Notes under the pieces: model-generated
Databases searched by the model: none
The model's input: the letters and a program-made list of their open reading frames with translations, nothing else
Told to the model about the DNA's origin: nothing
From: an uncultured Verrucomicrobiae bacterium
Lineage (GTDB): Bacteria; Verrucomicrobiota; Verrucomicrobiia; Chthoniobacterales; JAFAMB01
Length of the DNA: 64,000 nt
NCBI GenBank assembly: GCA_963762565.1
Contig: CAVXLD010000001.1
Location: forward strand, 128,001-192,000
Direction: 5' to 3'
Position numbers and translations under genes: made by a program
Part shown: in pieces, positions 29,215 to 38,739 of the stretch
Layout of the letters: the number at the start of each line of letters is the position of its first letter
Numbering within the stretch: the first letter of the stretch is position 1

Positions 29215-29664
29215 TTATCCCTTCCGCCACCGCTCAATCACGTAATCGGGAGTCTCTCGAATCTGTTCGGCTAGCTTGAACTTGGGCTCGAATTCTGGAA
29301 AGTAGGCATCCCCATCGTACTCGTTCTTCACGCGGGTAATCAGGAGTTCCCGGCACTGGTCAAGTAGTTGGGCGTAAATTTCGGCGCCGCCGATAACAAA
29401 AACTTCCGACGAATATTGGTCTGGATCGAATTGGGAAAGATCTCGAATCATTTCGACTCCCGGCCAGGAACGGGTGCGACTGACAACCAGGTTCTGCCGG
29501 CCGGGCAATGGTCGTCCGATTGACTCAAAAGTTCGGCTTCCCATGATGATCGGGTGACCGAAGGTCGCCTCTTTGAACCATTTCTGTTCACCGGGAATGC
29601 GCCATGGGATCCGGCTTCCACGGCCGATTACGCGAGACGGTGTCATGGCAGCAATAGCGATCAC
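29215..29664 (-). CDS. folA: Dihydrofolate reductase
   Basis: IAAM..RVIG...IPW, IMGSRTFESIGRPLPGR, IGGAEIY, GDAYFP. GTG start inferred. Confidence 0.93.
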   Translation of the reverse strand: MIAIAAMTPSRVIGRGSRIPWRIPGEQKWFKEATFGHPIIMGSRTFESIGRPLPGRQNLVVSRTRSWPGVEMIRDLSQFDPDQYSSEVFVIGGAEIYAQLLDQCRELLITRVKNEYDGDAYFPEFEPKFKLAEQIRETPDYVIERWRKG

Positions 29665-29749
29665 CCGGAAATAGCCGATAGCCAATAGCCAATAGCCGAC
29701 AGTCCTGGTGTGGGCGAGGTCACGCCGCCTCCGTTGAACTCCTCTCTCG

Positions 29750-30544
29750 TCATACCGCGATCGGCGCCTTGATGGTCGGATGAGGGTCGTATCCCGCGAG
29801 CTCAATGTCTTCGTACACGAACTCGTGCAAAGTCGCTGGTACTTTCCTAAACTTGATGGTTGGCAGAGCCTTAACTGGCCGGGACAACTGTTCTTTCACC
29901 TGATCCAGATGATTCAGATAAATATGCAGGTCCCCGAAGGTGTGAATGAAGTCACCTGGCTCCAGATGACAGACCTCGGCGACCATTAAAGTCAGCAATG
30001 CGTAAGAGGCGATATTAAACGGCACCCCCAGAAACAAATCGGCACTACGTTGGTAGAGCTGGCAGCTCAAACATCCATCCAGCACGTAGAATTGGAAGAG
30101 GGCGTGACAAGGTGGCAAAGCCATTTGCTTTAATTCTCCCGGATTCCATGCAGTCACGATCAATCGACGGCTGTCCGGGTTTTCTTTGATCATGCGAACA
30201 ACTTCACTCAGTTGGTCTACCGGTTGGCCGTCAGCGGTTTTCCAATCTCGCCATTGCGCGCCGTAAACGCGACCCAATTCCCCTTGGGGATCCGCCCACT
30301 CATCCCAGATCGTGACGCCGTTTTCGTTAAGGAACCGGACATTCGTCTGTCCACGGATAAACCAAAGTAACTCGTGAACGACTGATTTAAAGTGGACCCG
30401 TTTGGTGGTCACTAAAGGGAACCCCTCGGACAGGTCGAATCGGGCCTGAGCCCCAAAATAGGAGAGTGTGCCAACGCCTGTGCGGTCGTGTTTTGGCCGG
30501 CCCTTCTCCAACACCAAACGGAGCAGTTGATGATACTCTTTCAC
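29750..30544 (-). CDS. thyA: Thymidylate synthase
   Basis: [34 protein letters not shown]; 264 aa from GTG 30544. Confidence 0.96.
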   Translation of the reverse strand: MKEYHQLLRLVLEKGRPKHDRTGVGTLSYFGAQARFDLSEGFPLVTTKRVHFKSVVHELLWFIRGQTNVRFLNENGVTIWDEWADPQGELGRVYGAQWRDWKTADGQPVDQLSEVVRMIKENPDSRRLIVTAWNPGELKQMALPPCHALFQFYVLDGCLSCQLYQRSADLFLGVPFNIASYALLTLMVAEVCHLEPGDFIHTFGDLHIYLNHLDQVKEQLSRPVKALPTIKFRKVPATLHEFVYEDIELAGYDPHPTIKAPIAV

Positions 30545-30551
30545 CGGTACG

Positions 30552-30853
30552 TAATTTATCCGCAGATTGCGCAGATTACGCAGATTTTTTTTCGGTGGGG
30601 CGAGGCCATAAACCGTGGAGCGTGCCTCGCTTGCGAAGCCGTGGTGAGCAACGCTGACGATGTGGCAGCGCATCCGCCGGCTGCGCTCTTGCGTGTGAAG
30701 TTGCAGGAGGCGGGAGATAGAGCGCTGACCGAAATAGGGCCTGCTTCAAAATGTTGCTTTGTTTACCACGGCCTCGCAAGCGAGGCGCGCTCCAAGGCTT
30801 CGCCTCGCCCTACCCGAAAAAAAATCTGCATAATCCCCGTAATCTGTGGATAT
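30552..30853. repeat. Three-layer nested inverted repeat (nonamer STR / GTAG-REP / family C)
   Basis: cgcagatt(g/a) units, ggtggggcgaggc and gtggagcgtgcctcgcttgcga are mirrored by ggcctcgcaagcgaggcgcgctcca, gcctcgccctacc and aatctgc. Confidence 0.85.
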
Positions 30854-30879
30854 TTGGCCTGACAAAACGCGAGTATAGA

Positions 30880-31671
30880 ATGGAACCGAAAGCAACGACA
30901 GCTCTGGTCGATACGCAAAGCCTTCCGGATCACCGGGAAGTTAGAATCGATCGTGTCGGTGTTACCGATGTGCGTTTCCCGATTGTCGTCCGAGACAAGG
31001 CGCACTCTTCTCAACACACCATTGCCAGGGTGGCCTTGACCGTTGACTTACCACATCACTTCAAGGGCACCCATATGAGCCGCTTCATAGAGGTGCTTAA
31101 CGAGCATGGCTCGGTGGTACACGTCGATAATATCAAAGAAATTTTACACCACCTCCAACAGCGCCTTGATGCTCAACAAGCGCACGTCGAATTCGAGTTT
31201 CCGTTTTTTATGGAAAAAAGCGCTCCGGTAACGGGATCGGTCGGCCTGATGGATTATAATGTGCGCTTTACGGCGACCGCCTCCCGCAAGGAGTCCGATT
31301 TACTCTTAACCGTAATCGTCCCAGTAACGACGCTTTGCCCCTGTTCCAAAGCCATCAGCAAATATGGAGCGCACAATCAACGCGGGCAGGTCACCTTCAG
31401 CATACGGTCTAGCCGGCTGGTTTGGATCGAGGAGCTGATTCAGTTGGTGGAAAGCTCGGCCAGCGCGGAACTATACAGCTTGTTAAAACGTCCCGATGAA
31501 AAGGCACTGACCGAACGAGCCTACGAGCACCCCGTATTCGTCGAAGATCTGGTCCGCAATATCGCCATCAAAGCCAACGCCGATTCAAGGATCATTTGGT
31601 ATCGGATCGAAGCGGAAAACTACGAATCGATCCACAATCATAACGCTTATGCGATGATCGAGAAGGGGTAG
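30880..31671 (+). CDS. folE2: GTP cyclohydrolase FolE2 (type IB)
   Basis: KGTHMSRF, TTLCPCSK, AHNQR, KRPDE, FVED, ESIHNHNAYA. Confidence 0.95.
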   Translation: MEPKATTALVDTQSLPDHREVRIDRVGVTDVRFPIVVRDKAHSSQHTIARVALTVDLPHHFKGTHMSRFIEVLNEHGSVVHVDNIKEILHHLQQRLDAQQAHVEFEFPFFMEKSAPVTGSVGLMDYNVRFTATASRKESDLLLTVIVPVTTLCPCSKAISKYGAHNQRGQVTFSIRSSRLVWIEELIQLVESSASAELYSLLKRPDEKALTERAYEHPVFVEDLVRNIAIKANADSRIIWYRIEAENYESIHNHNAYAMIEKG

Positions 31672-31710
31672 GCAGTATTTCCTTCTCGGATTGAATGCGG
31701 GCCCATCGCC

Positions 31711-31889
31711 CGGAAGGGATCGGATCCTCGCGATCAGGAAGGGATCGGATCCTCGCGATCAGTTTGGTGTCGGACCGAGGATGTGATGTAATCTCGGACG
31801 AAATTACGCCTTGGGCTTTGGCATGTCCCCGCGGCGCGCGGGGATCCTCCGTCGCTAAAGCTATGGCGGACAGGCAGCGCGCTCTCCCC
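31711..31889. repeat. Family A pair with duplicated left arm and a family B insertion in the right arm
   Basis: ggaagggatcggatcctcgcgatc x2; right arm split by TCCTCCGTCGCTAAAGCTATGGCGGACAGG (31845-31874). Confidence 0.82.
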
Positions 31890-31945
31890 TTTTAGCGGCC
31901 TCGGTGAACGAGGCCGCTCCACGCAAGTGTCTAAGCTAAAGCTGG

Positions 31946-32944
31946 CTAGTCTTGTTTCTTTTCTTTGTCCTTGTTTTCACCCTTCCCTTCGGGTTTAGCC
32001 TTCTGTTCCGCTGGCTTGGCGTTGGTCTCGTGGTGTTCCTTCTGAGTCTCAGCTTTTGGCCTCTCTTCGCGTTTCTCCTGAGCAGCAGCCTCTTTGCCCT
32101 TGCCTTCTACTTTATTTGTTTCTTCTCTGGCTTTTGCGGCCGGCCCGTTACCCTTGGTCGTCTCCTCTTTGGTCCCCTGCTCTTTGGTTGTTTCTTGTTT
32201 GTTTGTTTCTTGTTTAGTCGCCTCTTTGCGCTCCTCTCCCGGAGTCGCCGCGTGGTTCGCTTCTTCGCTGGCTCCTACTTTAGTGACGGCTGTCTTGGTC
32301 GGGTTGCCCTTATTGACAGAGAAGCGTTGGTTTTGGTCGTGAAGCGCTGTGTCTTCGTGAGTACGCTGCTCCTGCGTCGCCTCTAGATGTTGTTCATGGG
32401 CGGCAGCTTCTTCTTGGGCCGTCGGTTTGGCTTCGATGCCTCCGGGGCCATTGAAGCTGACCCGGTTGACCGTAACATTCCTAATCACCGTCCGGTCAAC
32501 GTAGGTGTTGTGAACGACCGTCGTATTCACATGCCAAACGGCGGTGTTACAGAGAAATCTGCCACCTTCCCATCTGCCCCCAACGAAACCGGTTCCAAAA
32601 TAACCGAACCCATAGTTAACACCACCGTAGAAGCCGAGATGAAGCCCCCAATACCCGGCATTCCAACCGTAATGTCCTCCTACGAAGCCCCAGTAACCTG
32701 GCGTCCAAAGATATCCAGGCTGCGGTGCTAAGACCCAGACGCCGGGAACCCAATAATAGTCGTCCTCTCCGTAAGCCCAGTAACCCGGAGTCCAAATGTA
32801 GCCGTCCCCAGGGCAGAGCGGCTGGTCGAAAACCGGAAGCGGAGGAGGTGCGATCGTGATCGAAATATCTGCTGAGGCGAGCGAGGGCGTCATGCCCAGC
32901 AGTAACGCAAGTAGGATGAATCTAACTCTGATGAACTTCAGCAT
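31946..32944 (-). CDS. Secreted YXWGXW-repeat protein with Lys/Glu-rich tail
   Basis: Signal peptide, APPPLP, repeated YIWTPGYW/YYWVPGVW, FYGGVNYGFGY. Confidence 0.85.
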   Translation of the reverse strand: MLKFIRVRFILLALLLGMTPSLASADISITIAPPPLPVFDQPLCPGDGYIWTPGYWAYGEDDYYWVPGVWVLAPQPGYLWTPGYWGFVGGHYGWNAGYWGLHLGFYGGVNYGFGYFGTGFVGGRWEGGRFLCNTAVWHVNTTVVHNTYVDRTVIRNVTVNRVSFNGPGGIEAKPTAQEEAAAHEQHLEATQEQRTHEDTALHDQNQRFSVNKGNPTKTAVTKVGASEEANHAATPGEERKEATKQETNKQETTKEQGTKEETTKGNGPAAKAREETNKVEGKGKEAAAQEKREERPKAETQKEHHETNAKPAEQKAKPEGKGENKDKEKKQD

Positions 32945-33180
32945 ATTGTAGGGAGTATTTGTGTCAGGTAATCGTGGTTTGCGGGCCAACCTCGACACGG
33001 CTTAAGCCGGCCAACGCAAGCGTTTTATCACAAGCTCAACTGTGAGGGCCGATCCGACAGAAAGCGGGGCTGTTCACTGTCTAAACCTAGACCACTACAT
33101 TGATGCTAGGCAGGTATCACCTGCTGTTCCATTAAACCAAAGCAACCATCGATGGTTGCGCAATTCAAAACGGAAAAAGT

Positions 33181-33218
33181 TTGGGGCGCAATCCGCAATA
33201 ACAGCGGTCGCGCCCCAA
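33181..33218 (-). terminator. Probable intrinsic terminator
   Basis: TTGGGGCGC...GCGCCCCAA stem followed on the minus strand by ACTTTTT, 23 bp after the 33242 stop. Confidence 0.6.
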
Positions 33219-33241
33219 GAACTGATATCAGTTGAGGTTAC

Positions 33242-34186
33242 TTACTTCTTCTTGTCTTTGTCCCCACCGCCCTTTTTTGGAGGTGCGCCGCCGCCGTGAT
33301 GCTCCGGGGCTTTATTAGTGGTGTGATGCTCGGGGGGGTTGCTAGTGGTGTGGTGCTCGGTGGTATGATGTTCGGTAGTACCATGGTGTTCGGTAGTACC
33401 ATGGTGCTCGGTAGTTCCATGATGCTCGGTAGTTCCATGATGCTCCGTAGTTGCATGCTCGTTCCCGTGATGCTCGGCGCCATGTCCACCGGTAGTCTCT
33501 TTATGTTCCTCCTCGTGAGCCGTCTTCGTCTGGGCCGATTTTCCAGGGTTACCTTTGTTCTCCGAGAACTTTTGGTTATGGTCGTGGAGCGCGTCATTAT
33601 GATGAGCTAGTTGCTCCCCTGTTGGCCCACGATGCGCCTCGTGGTCGAACTTTTCCTCCTCAGCTGTCGGTTTCCGGTCGATTCCGCCGGGTCCGTTAAA
33701 GCTAGCTCGGTTATTCGCCTCTACCCACGAATGGTTAGCGTAAGTATTGTGAATCCCGGCGCCGACATGCCAGCAGGCGCTATTATAAAAGAAATGGCCG
33801 CCTTCCCAATGGCCACCCCAGAACCCGGTTCCGAAATAACCAAATCCATAGTTAATTCCGCCGTAGAATCCGACGTGAGGTCCCCAATAACCGACGTGCC
33901 AAAAGTAGCCTCCATTACCCCAGCCCCACCACCCTGGAGTCCAAAGGAATCCGATCGTCGGCGGCAGTATCCACACGCCAGGGACCCAATAATAGTCGTC
34001 GTCTCCCCAGCCCCAATATCCAGGGCTCCACAAGTATCCATCCCCAGGGCAGGGCGGTTGATCGTAGACCGGGATTGGGGGAGGCGCGACTGTAATCGAT
34101 ACGTCCGCTGAGGCGAGCAAAGGTGTAAAACCTAGCAGGCCGGCAAACAGCATTAGGTGCACTCGTTTAGTAACGAACTTCAACAT
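33242..34186 (-). CDS. Secreted YXWGXW-repeat protein with His-rich (TTEHHG)n tail
   Basis: Paralog of 31946-32944; 18-bp tandem repeats encode TTEHHG. Confidence 0.85.
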   Translation of the reverse strand: MLKFVTKRVHLMLFAGLLGFTPLLASADVSITVAPPPIPVYDQPPCPGDGYLWSPGYWGWGDDDYYWVPGVWILPPTIGFLWTPGWWGWGNGGYFWHVGYWGPHVGFYGGINYGFGYFGTGFWGGHWEGGHFFYNSACWHVGAGIHNTYANHSWVEANNRASFNGPGGIDRKPTAEEEKFDHEAHRGPTGEQLAHHNDALHDHNQKFSENKGNPGKSAQTKTAHEEEHKETTGGHGAEHHGNEHATTEHHGTTEHHGTTEHHGTTEHHGTTEHHTTEHHTTSNPPEHHTTNKAPEHHGGGAPPKKGGGDKDKKK

Positions 34187-34340
34187 AAGATGAACTGCGA
34201 TTGTATCAGGCGCCGCACGTTCTCCACGCGACCAAACGGCCACGTCGATGAACGTCAGCATTTGTAAAAAGATCGATCTACAGGCCAATCCCAGAGAGAG
34301 CGGGGTGATATCTGGTAAGACCGGAGAGAGATCTTAAGGA

Positions 34341-34362
34341 TTTAATAGGTTCACCTATTAAA
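34341..34362. promoter_or_regulatory. Candidate transcription-factor operator
   Basis: Perfect AT-rich inverted repeat TTTAATAGGT-TC-ACCTATTAAA, ~155 bp upstream of the YXWGXW gene. Confidence 0.45.
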
Positions 34363-34425
34363 CTCGCTAACATGCGACTAGTTGCGCAGGTCGAACACGT
34401 TGGAATAGCTCGGCGGTGCGTTCCA

Positions 34426-34522
34426 AGTAAGCAGTAAGCAGTAAGCAGTGCTCAGCAATCAGTCGCGCGGCTGATTGAGCAGCACGCCGTTACCGATCAC
34501 TGCTTACCGCTTACCGCTCACT
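34426..34522. repeat. Inverted heptamer STR pair (AGTAAGC / GCTTACC)
   Basis: agtaagcagtaagcagtaagc ... tgcttaccgcttaccgctcact. Confidence 0.8.
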
Positions 34523-34579
34523 TATGGCGCTGGCGAGACCAGGGCTTTAAACCATCCACTTTCTTTGAACGTGAATGGA

Positions 34580-36160
34580 CTAGTCATAGCGCTTCAAGCG
34601 GCTCCAAATCTCCGACAGATTCCGGCGTAATCCGCGGCAGATAAAAATCGGCCGCGCGTTTTCGTAAGGCATTGCATACGGCACGCCGAATTTTCCTACG
34701 ACCTCGACCGAATCACAACCCCGTCGCCAGCGATTCGGATCACCGTTGATGTGTATAATGGTGCTCCCATCATAACCACGGGCGCCCCAAAGAAAGTACT
34801 GATTTTGTCCGCATAACGCGGGCGGCAATCCGTCCTGTTGACCGTACACGTCCAAAGCGGCTGCTTCTCCGTAATCGACCGCCAGAATGGCCGTTCGAGA
34901 GCGCTCATCGGCGGGCAACGAATGATAGATAGAAGCCACCTGTTTCTCCATGGCTCGCCAACCGAGCTCGTCCGAGAACAGTTGGGTAAGCGGAGCCCCG
35001 ACACCCGCGGCCTCTGAGGGCGGTGGAGCAAGGTGAGTAAAATCCAGATAACTCGCCAACACCGGTGGATCCAGGATCGGCAACACGATCGGAGCACAGA
35101 TTAAAGACACGATTAGTGCGGCCATTACCCAGATTGTTCGGAGGATGGGCCCAATCCGCGCCATCATCACTGCACCCACGGCAAACAGCGAGGGGTAAAC
35201 CGGGAAGAGATAATAGCTTTTCCCATGAGCGAGGAACACCAGGATGCTTGCCCCGATCAGTCCAACAGACAGAAACCGGGCCGGTTTTAGCGGCGTCCAA
35301 AAGAACGGGACTACGACTCCGGTGATCCATAACGGCGCCAAAAGAATATTCATCTCGAAGACCTGAATAATCTCGAAGCGAATTGGTGATCCCGTCAGAT
35401 TCGCACCGGTCGATAAATGATTCGCATGCACTTCAAAAAAGGGCCACCCGTGAAGCGCTTGCCAGATCAGGCTGGGTAGGGCCACGAGGACGGCAATCAA
35501 GGCTCCAAGCCAAAGTGCCGGCCGGGCCAGGATCCACCGGGCAGAGGTCAGGAGAACACCGACCGCGAGTGGGACTAACCAAAATGCGATCCCGTATTTT
35601 GCTTCCATGGCCAGACCAGCGACAAGCCCAGCCCAGATGAACGCCCGCCGGTCCTCTTTGATGACCGCCCGAGCAAGAAAATAGGCAAACGCGGTCCAAG
35701 CGATCGGTTCGAAAGTTGGAGTGGTGGTTGTGGTCGTGAGAGCGACGAGCGCGGGAGCGATGCCGGCAGCCAACCCGGCAATCCAAGCGGCAGTCGAATT
35801 ACCTCCTAGCAGCCTGGCGAAAGAAGCCGTCAGCAGAACTAGTCCGGCCGCCGCTGCCACTGCTGGTAAACGCAATAGCCATGGGTTGTCGCCAAAGAGT
35901 TGCGTAGTAGCAGCTAATAGCGGAACCAGCGGGGGCTGATCGACGTATCCAAAGTCTGGATGCCTTCCGCAAACGATGAAATAAAGCTCATTTCGGAAAA
36001 TGTCGTAACGGCCGGCAACAGCCAGATGAACCAGCCCAATAACAAGTGCGATCAGCCACTCGACTGGAAACGCCGTCAGCGTCGTGAACGCCGACGACGG
36101 CTTCTGATGGCGCTCGGTTCCTTGGTCTACCGAGGAGCCTGCTTGTCCTTTACTTCTCAT
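34580..36160 (-). CDS. GT-C / glycosyltransferase family 39-like membrane protein
   Basis: FRNELYF...GYVDQPPL, KY, many TM helices, KSYYL, DYGEAAA. Confidence 0.85.
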   Translation of the reverse strand: MRSKGQAGSSVDQGTERHQKPSSAFTTLTAFPVEWLIALVIGLVHLAVAGRYDIFRNELYFIVCGRHPDFGYVDQPPLVPLLAATTQLFGDNPWLLRLPAVAAAAGLVLLTASFARLLGGNSTAAWIAGLAAGIAPALVALTTTTTTPTFEPIAWTAFAYFLARAVIKEDRRAFIWAGLVAGLAMEAKYGIAFWLVPLAVGVLLTSARWILARPALWLGALIAVLVALPSLIWQALHGWPFFEVHANHLSTGANLTGSPIRFEIIQVFEMNILLAPLWITGVVVPFFWTPLKPARFLSVGLIGASILVFLAHGKSYYLFPVYPSLFAVGAVMMARIGPILRTIWVMAALIVSLICAPIVLPILDPPVLASYLDFTHLAPPPSEAAGVGAPLTQLFSDELGWRAMEKQVASIYHSLPADERSRTAILAVDYGEAAALDVYGQQDGLPPALCGQNQYFLWGARGYDGSTIIHINGDPNRWRRGCDSVEVVGKFGVPYAMPYENARPIFICRGLRRNLSEIWSRLKRYD

Positions 36161-36642
36161 CCCTCGAGGCCAGGATCCGGTGCGACCGGTACATCAGCAT
36201 CGGCCAATTGGCGCATGAGTTGAGCAGCAAGGCGCAGAAGCTCTCTCTCAACTGGGGTTAAGATGGACGACATTGCGGTGGCCAGCCAAGTTGCCTGCCG
36301 GCGGGCGTCATTCCTGAGCAAGTCTTCACCCAGCGCGGTGATCTCAGTTAACGATTGGCGGCGATCGACCAGGTCTGGGCGTCGAACGATCAAATTGCTT
36401 TCTTCAAGGTCGGTCAGGGTTCGGGTCAATGACTGCGGTTGTACGCGTTCCTTGGCCGCTAAAGCTGTAACCGTCAAAGGCCCGCTCAGAGCGAGGCGAC
36501 CTAAGACACTGAGCTTTGATGGACTGAGACCGTGACTCATCCGTTCGGCCCGCAATCGTCGATAAAGCTGGGTAGCGCCTCGGCGAAGGGCGCGGGCGGC
36601 GGCCATGGTTTCCTCGGGTTCGGACAGAGATTGGGCAGGCAT
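36157..36642 (-). CDS. MarR-family transcriptional regulator
   Basis: LSVLGRL..GPLTVTALA, PQSLTRTL..LE...LIVRRPDLVDRR; ATGA overlap with the downstream gene. Confidence 0.92.
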   Translation of the reverse strand: MPAQSLSEPEETMAAARALRRGATQLYRRLRAERMSHGLSPSKLSVLGRLALSGPLTVTALAAKERVQPQSLTRTLTDLEESNLIVRRPDLVDRRQSLTEITALGEDLLRNDARRQATWLATAMSSILTPVERELLRLAAQLMRQLADADVPVAPDPGLEG

Positions 36643-36645
36643 TAT

Positions 36646-36667
36646 TTACTAAGCTATAGCTTAGTAA
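36646..36667. promoter_or_regulatory. Putative MarR operator
   Basis: Perfect 22-bp palindrome TTACTAAGCTATAGCTTAGTAA 3 bp upstream of the MarR ATG; core repeated at 36781-36793. Confidence 0.7.
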
Positions 36668-36797
36668 TTTCTGGGTGGCAAACGGTTAAATCTACATGGC
36701 ATACCAGCAGGCGTATGACGGATAGGACTTATGGGACCAATGGGACTTATGGGAGCGGCAGGGAAGCGCGCCACTTTTATTAAGCTATAGCTTTACT

Positions 36798-36945
36798 TTA
36801 GGTCACGGTTCTAGCGGAATCGTCTTCCTCATCCCGCACCTTGTAATACACGATCTCCGAGTCATTCGGATCCAGGTTATGAATCATGCCACTCGGCATG
36901 AAACCGGCCTTGGCGAATAACGCCTGCATCGGCTCGTTGCTCGTG
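36798..36945 (-). pseudogene. GNAT acetyltransferase C-terminal remnant
   Basis: Hand translation ..TSNEPMQALFAKAGFMPSGMIHNLDPNDSEIVYYKV..; no N-terminal part. Confidence 0.55.
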
Positions 36946-37002
36946 CGAGCAACATCTTTCTAGGCTAGGCAATTCAAAGACTAACCGCTACTCTTCACGT
37001 TC

Positions 37003-38661
37003 GTGAAGACTAGCACCTCGATTTGGTCTTCTTTGCGTAATCCGGTCTACCTGCGAGTTTGGACGGCTTTGGTAGTATCAGGATGCTGTGTCACAGCTCA
37101 GGACACGGCCGCGACCTGGGCTATGAACTCAAAGGGAGCCTCCGCGCTCTTGCTTTCGATGATGTCGAGCGCCAGCACTCTCCCTTTTTTTCTCTTCACA
37201 CTTCCGGCCGGCGCACTCGGCGATTTGATGGATCGACGGCGACTGCTGCAGGTTTTCAGCTGTTGGTTATCAGTCAGCGCCGCCCTGCTAGCCGTCTGCG
37301 CGTTCCTGAATAAATTAAGCCCGGAAATTATCCTTGCCGGCGTATTCTTGCTCGGAATCGGCTTTGCTTTTCAGGCTCCCGTGTCCTCGGCTGCGATCCC
37401 GGAAATTGTAGGAAAGGAAGACCTCCCTTCGGCAACAGCACTTGGGGGAGTTCAAATGAATTTATCCGGGATCATCGGGCCAGCCATTGGCGGTCTATTA
37501 GTGCCGCTGGTCGGCGTAAGCGGTGTATTCAGTATAAACGCCGCCGCATTTCTTCTCGTGCTTCTGGCGATCAGTAGCTGGCCCCGCAAAAAAAACCCGA
37601 TCCAAGCTCAACTGGAAAGCTTCTCCGATTCAGTGATCGGCGCATTCCGTTTTATGAAGTATGCGCCCGGTGTCCGAGTTATTCTACTGCGAAATCTACT
37701 GTTCGGCATCTTGATCGGTGCGACGCCGGCGTTGTTGCCCGTGGTCGGGCTGAAGGCGCTTCATTTCGATTCATTACACTTGGGGTTTGTGTTCACCTGC
37801 ATGGGAATCGGTTCATTAACAGGCGCCATTGTGATTCTCGAACCCGCCAGAAAAAGGCTAAGACCGAACCAGATGACTCTGTTAACCGGCCTTGTTTTAG
37901 CCATTAGCTACGCCTTGATGGCGGTGGTACGAAATCCACAGATTTTTCTTGTGGTGGCCGCGATAGCGGGCGCCGCTTGGACGATTTCCGCTTCCGAGCT
38001 TTGGGTTGCAGGTCAACGGGTCATACCCGATTGGATCCGAGGCCGGCTCAACGCTACGCAGATGATGGTGTCTCAAGGAGGCGTTGCATTAGCCGGTATT
38101 CTTTGGGGAGCCTTAGCAACCGTGCTCGGCATACAGTGGGCCCTGATCTGCGCGAGCATCATGGGAATCGCTAGCGCGCTCGCCGCGAAACTTTTATCCA
38201 TCGATTTTTCAGCGTCGGTCAACCTGGACCCTCACCCGTTGCCCACTCTCGGACCCTTGCCTTATTTACCGCAGGCAAACGATGGTCCGATCACGACCGC
38301 AATGGAGATCGAGGTCGCGCCGGAAAACCATGTCCGCTTTTTCCGCCTGATGATCCAACTGCGCCTGGTCTTTATGCGAAACGGCGCCTTTAACGCTCGC
38401 TTGGACCAGGACATGACAAATCCAAATCGATTTCGCCTGTACTCGATGGTGAAGTCCTGGTCAGAATTTCAGAAGCTTGGCGAACGCATCACCCGGGATG
38501 AACATGTGCTCTGGGCCGAACTCTGGACCTTGCATGTGGGGACGGAAGCACCGACGGCGAAACGTTACCTCGGCATTCAACAATGGACCGCGCCAGATTC
38601 TTTAGCCACGCGGCTGAAACCTATCTCCAATTTTGCGCCTTCGGGCGAAGAGAGGAGCTAG
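37003..38661 (+). CDS. MFS transporter with C-terminal soluble extension
   Basis: ~12 TM helices, GALGDLMDRRRLL motif A, hydrophilic C-terminal domain. Confidence 0.9.
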   Translation: MKTSTSIWSSLRNPVYLRVWTALVVSGCCVTAQDTAATWAMNSKGASALLLSMMSSASTLPFFLFTLPAGALGDLMDRRRLLQVFSCWLSVSAALLAVCAFLNKLSPEIILAGVFLLGIGFAFQAPVSSAAIPEIVGKEDLPSATALGGVQMNLSGIIGPAIGGLLVPLVGVSGVFSINAAAFLLVLLAISSWPRKKNPIQAQLESFSDSVIGAFRFMKYAPGVRVILLRNLLFGILIGATPALLPVVGLKALHFDSLHLGFVFTCMGIGSLTGAIVILEPARKRLRPNQMTLLTGLVLAISYALMAVVRNPQIFLVVAAIAGAAWTISASELWVAGQRVIPDWIRGRLNATQMMVSQGGVALAGILWGALATVLGIQWALICASIMGIASALAAKLLSIDFSASVNLDPHPLPTLGPLPYLPQANDGPITTAMEIEVAPENHVRFFRLMIQLRLVFMRNGAFNARLDQDMTNPNRFRLYSMVKSWSEFQKLGERITRDEHVLWAELWTLHVGTEAPTAKRYLGIQQWTAPDSLATRLKPISNFAPSGEERS

Positions 38662-38739
38662 GAGGAAGTGTATGGGCGTGTGGGCGTATCGGCGTGTCGG
38701 CGATGTGAGCGCTGAAGGCGCGATAGACTCGGAAATTCA

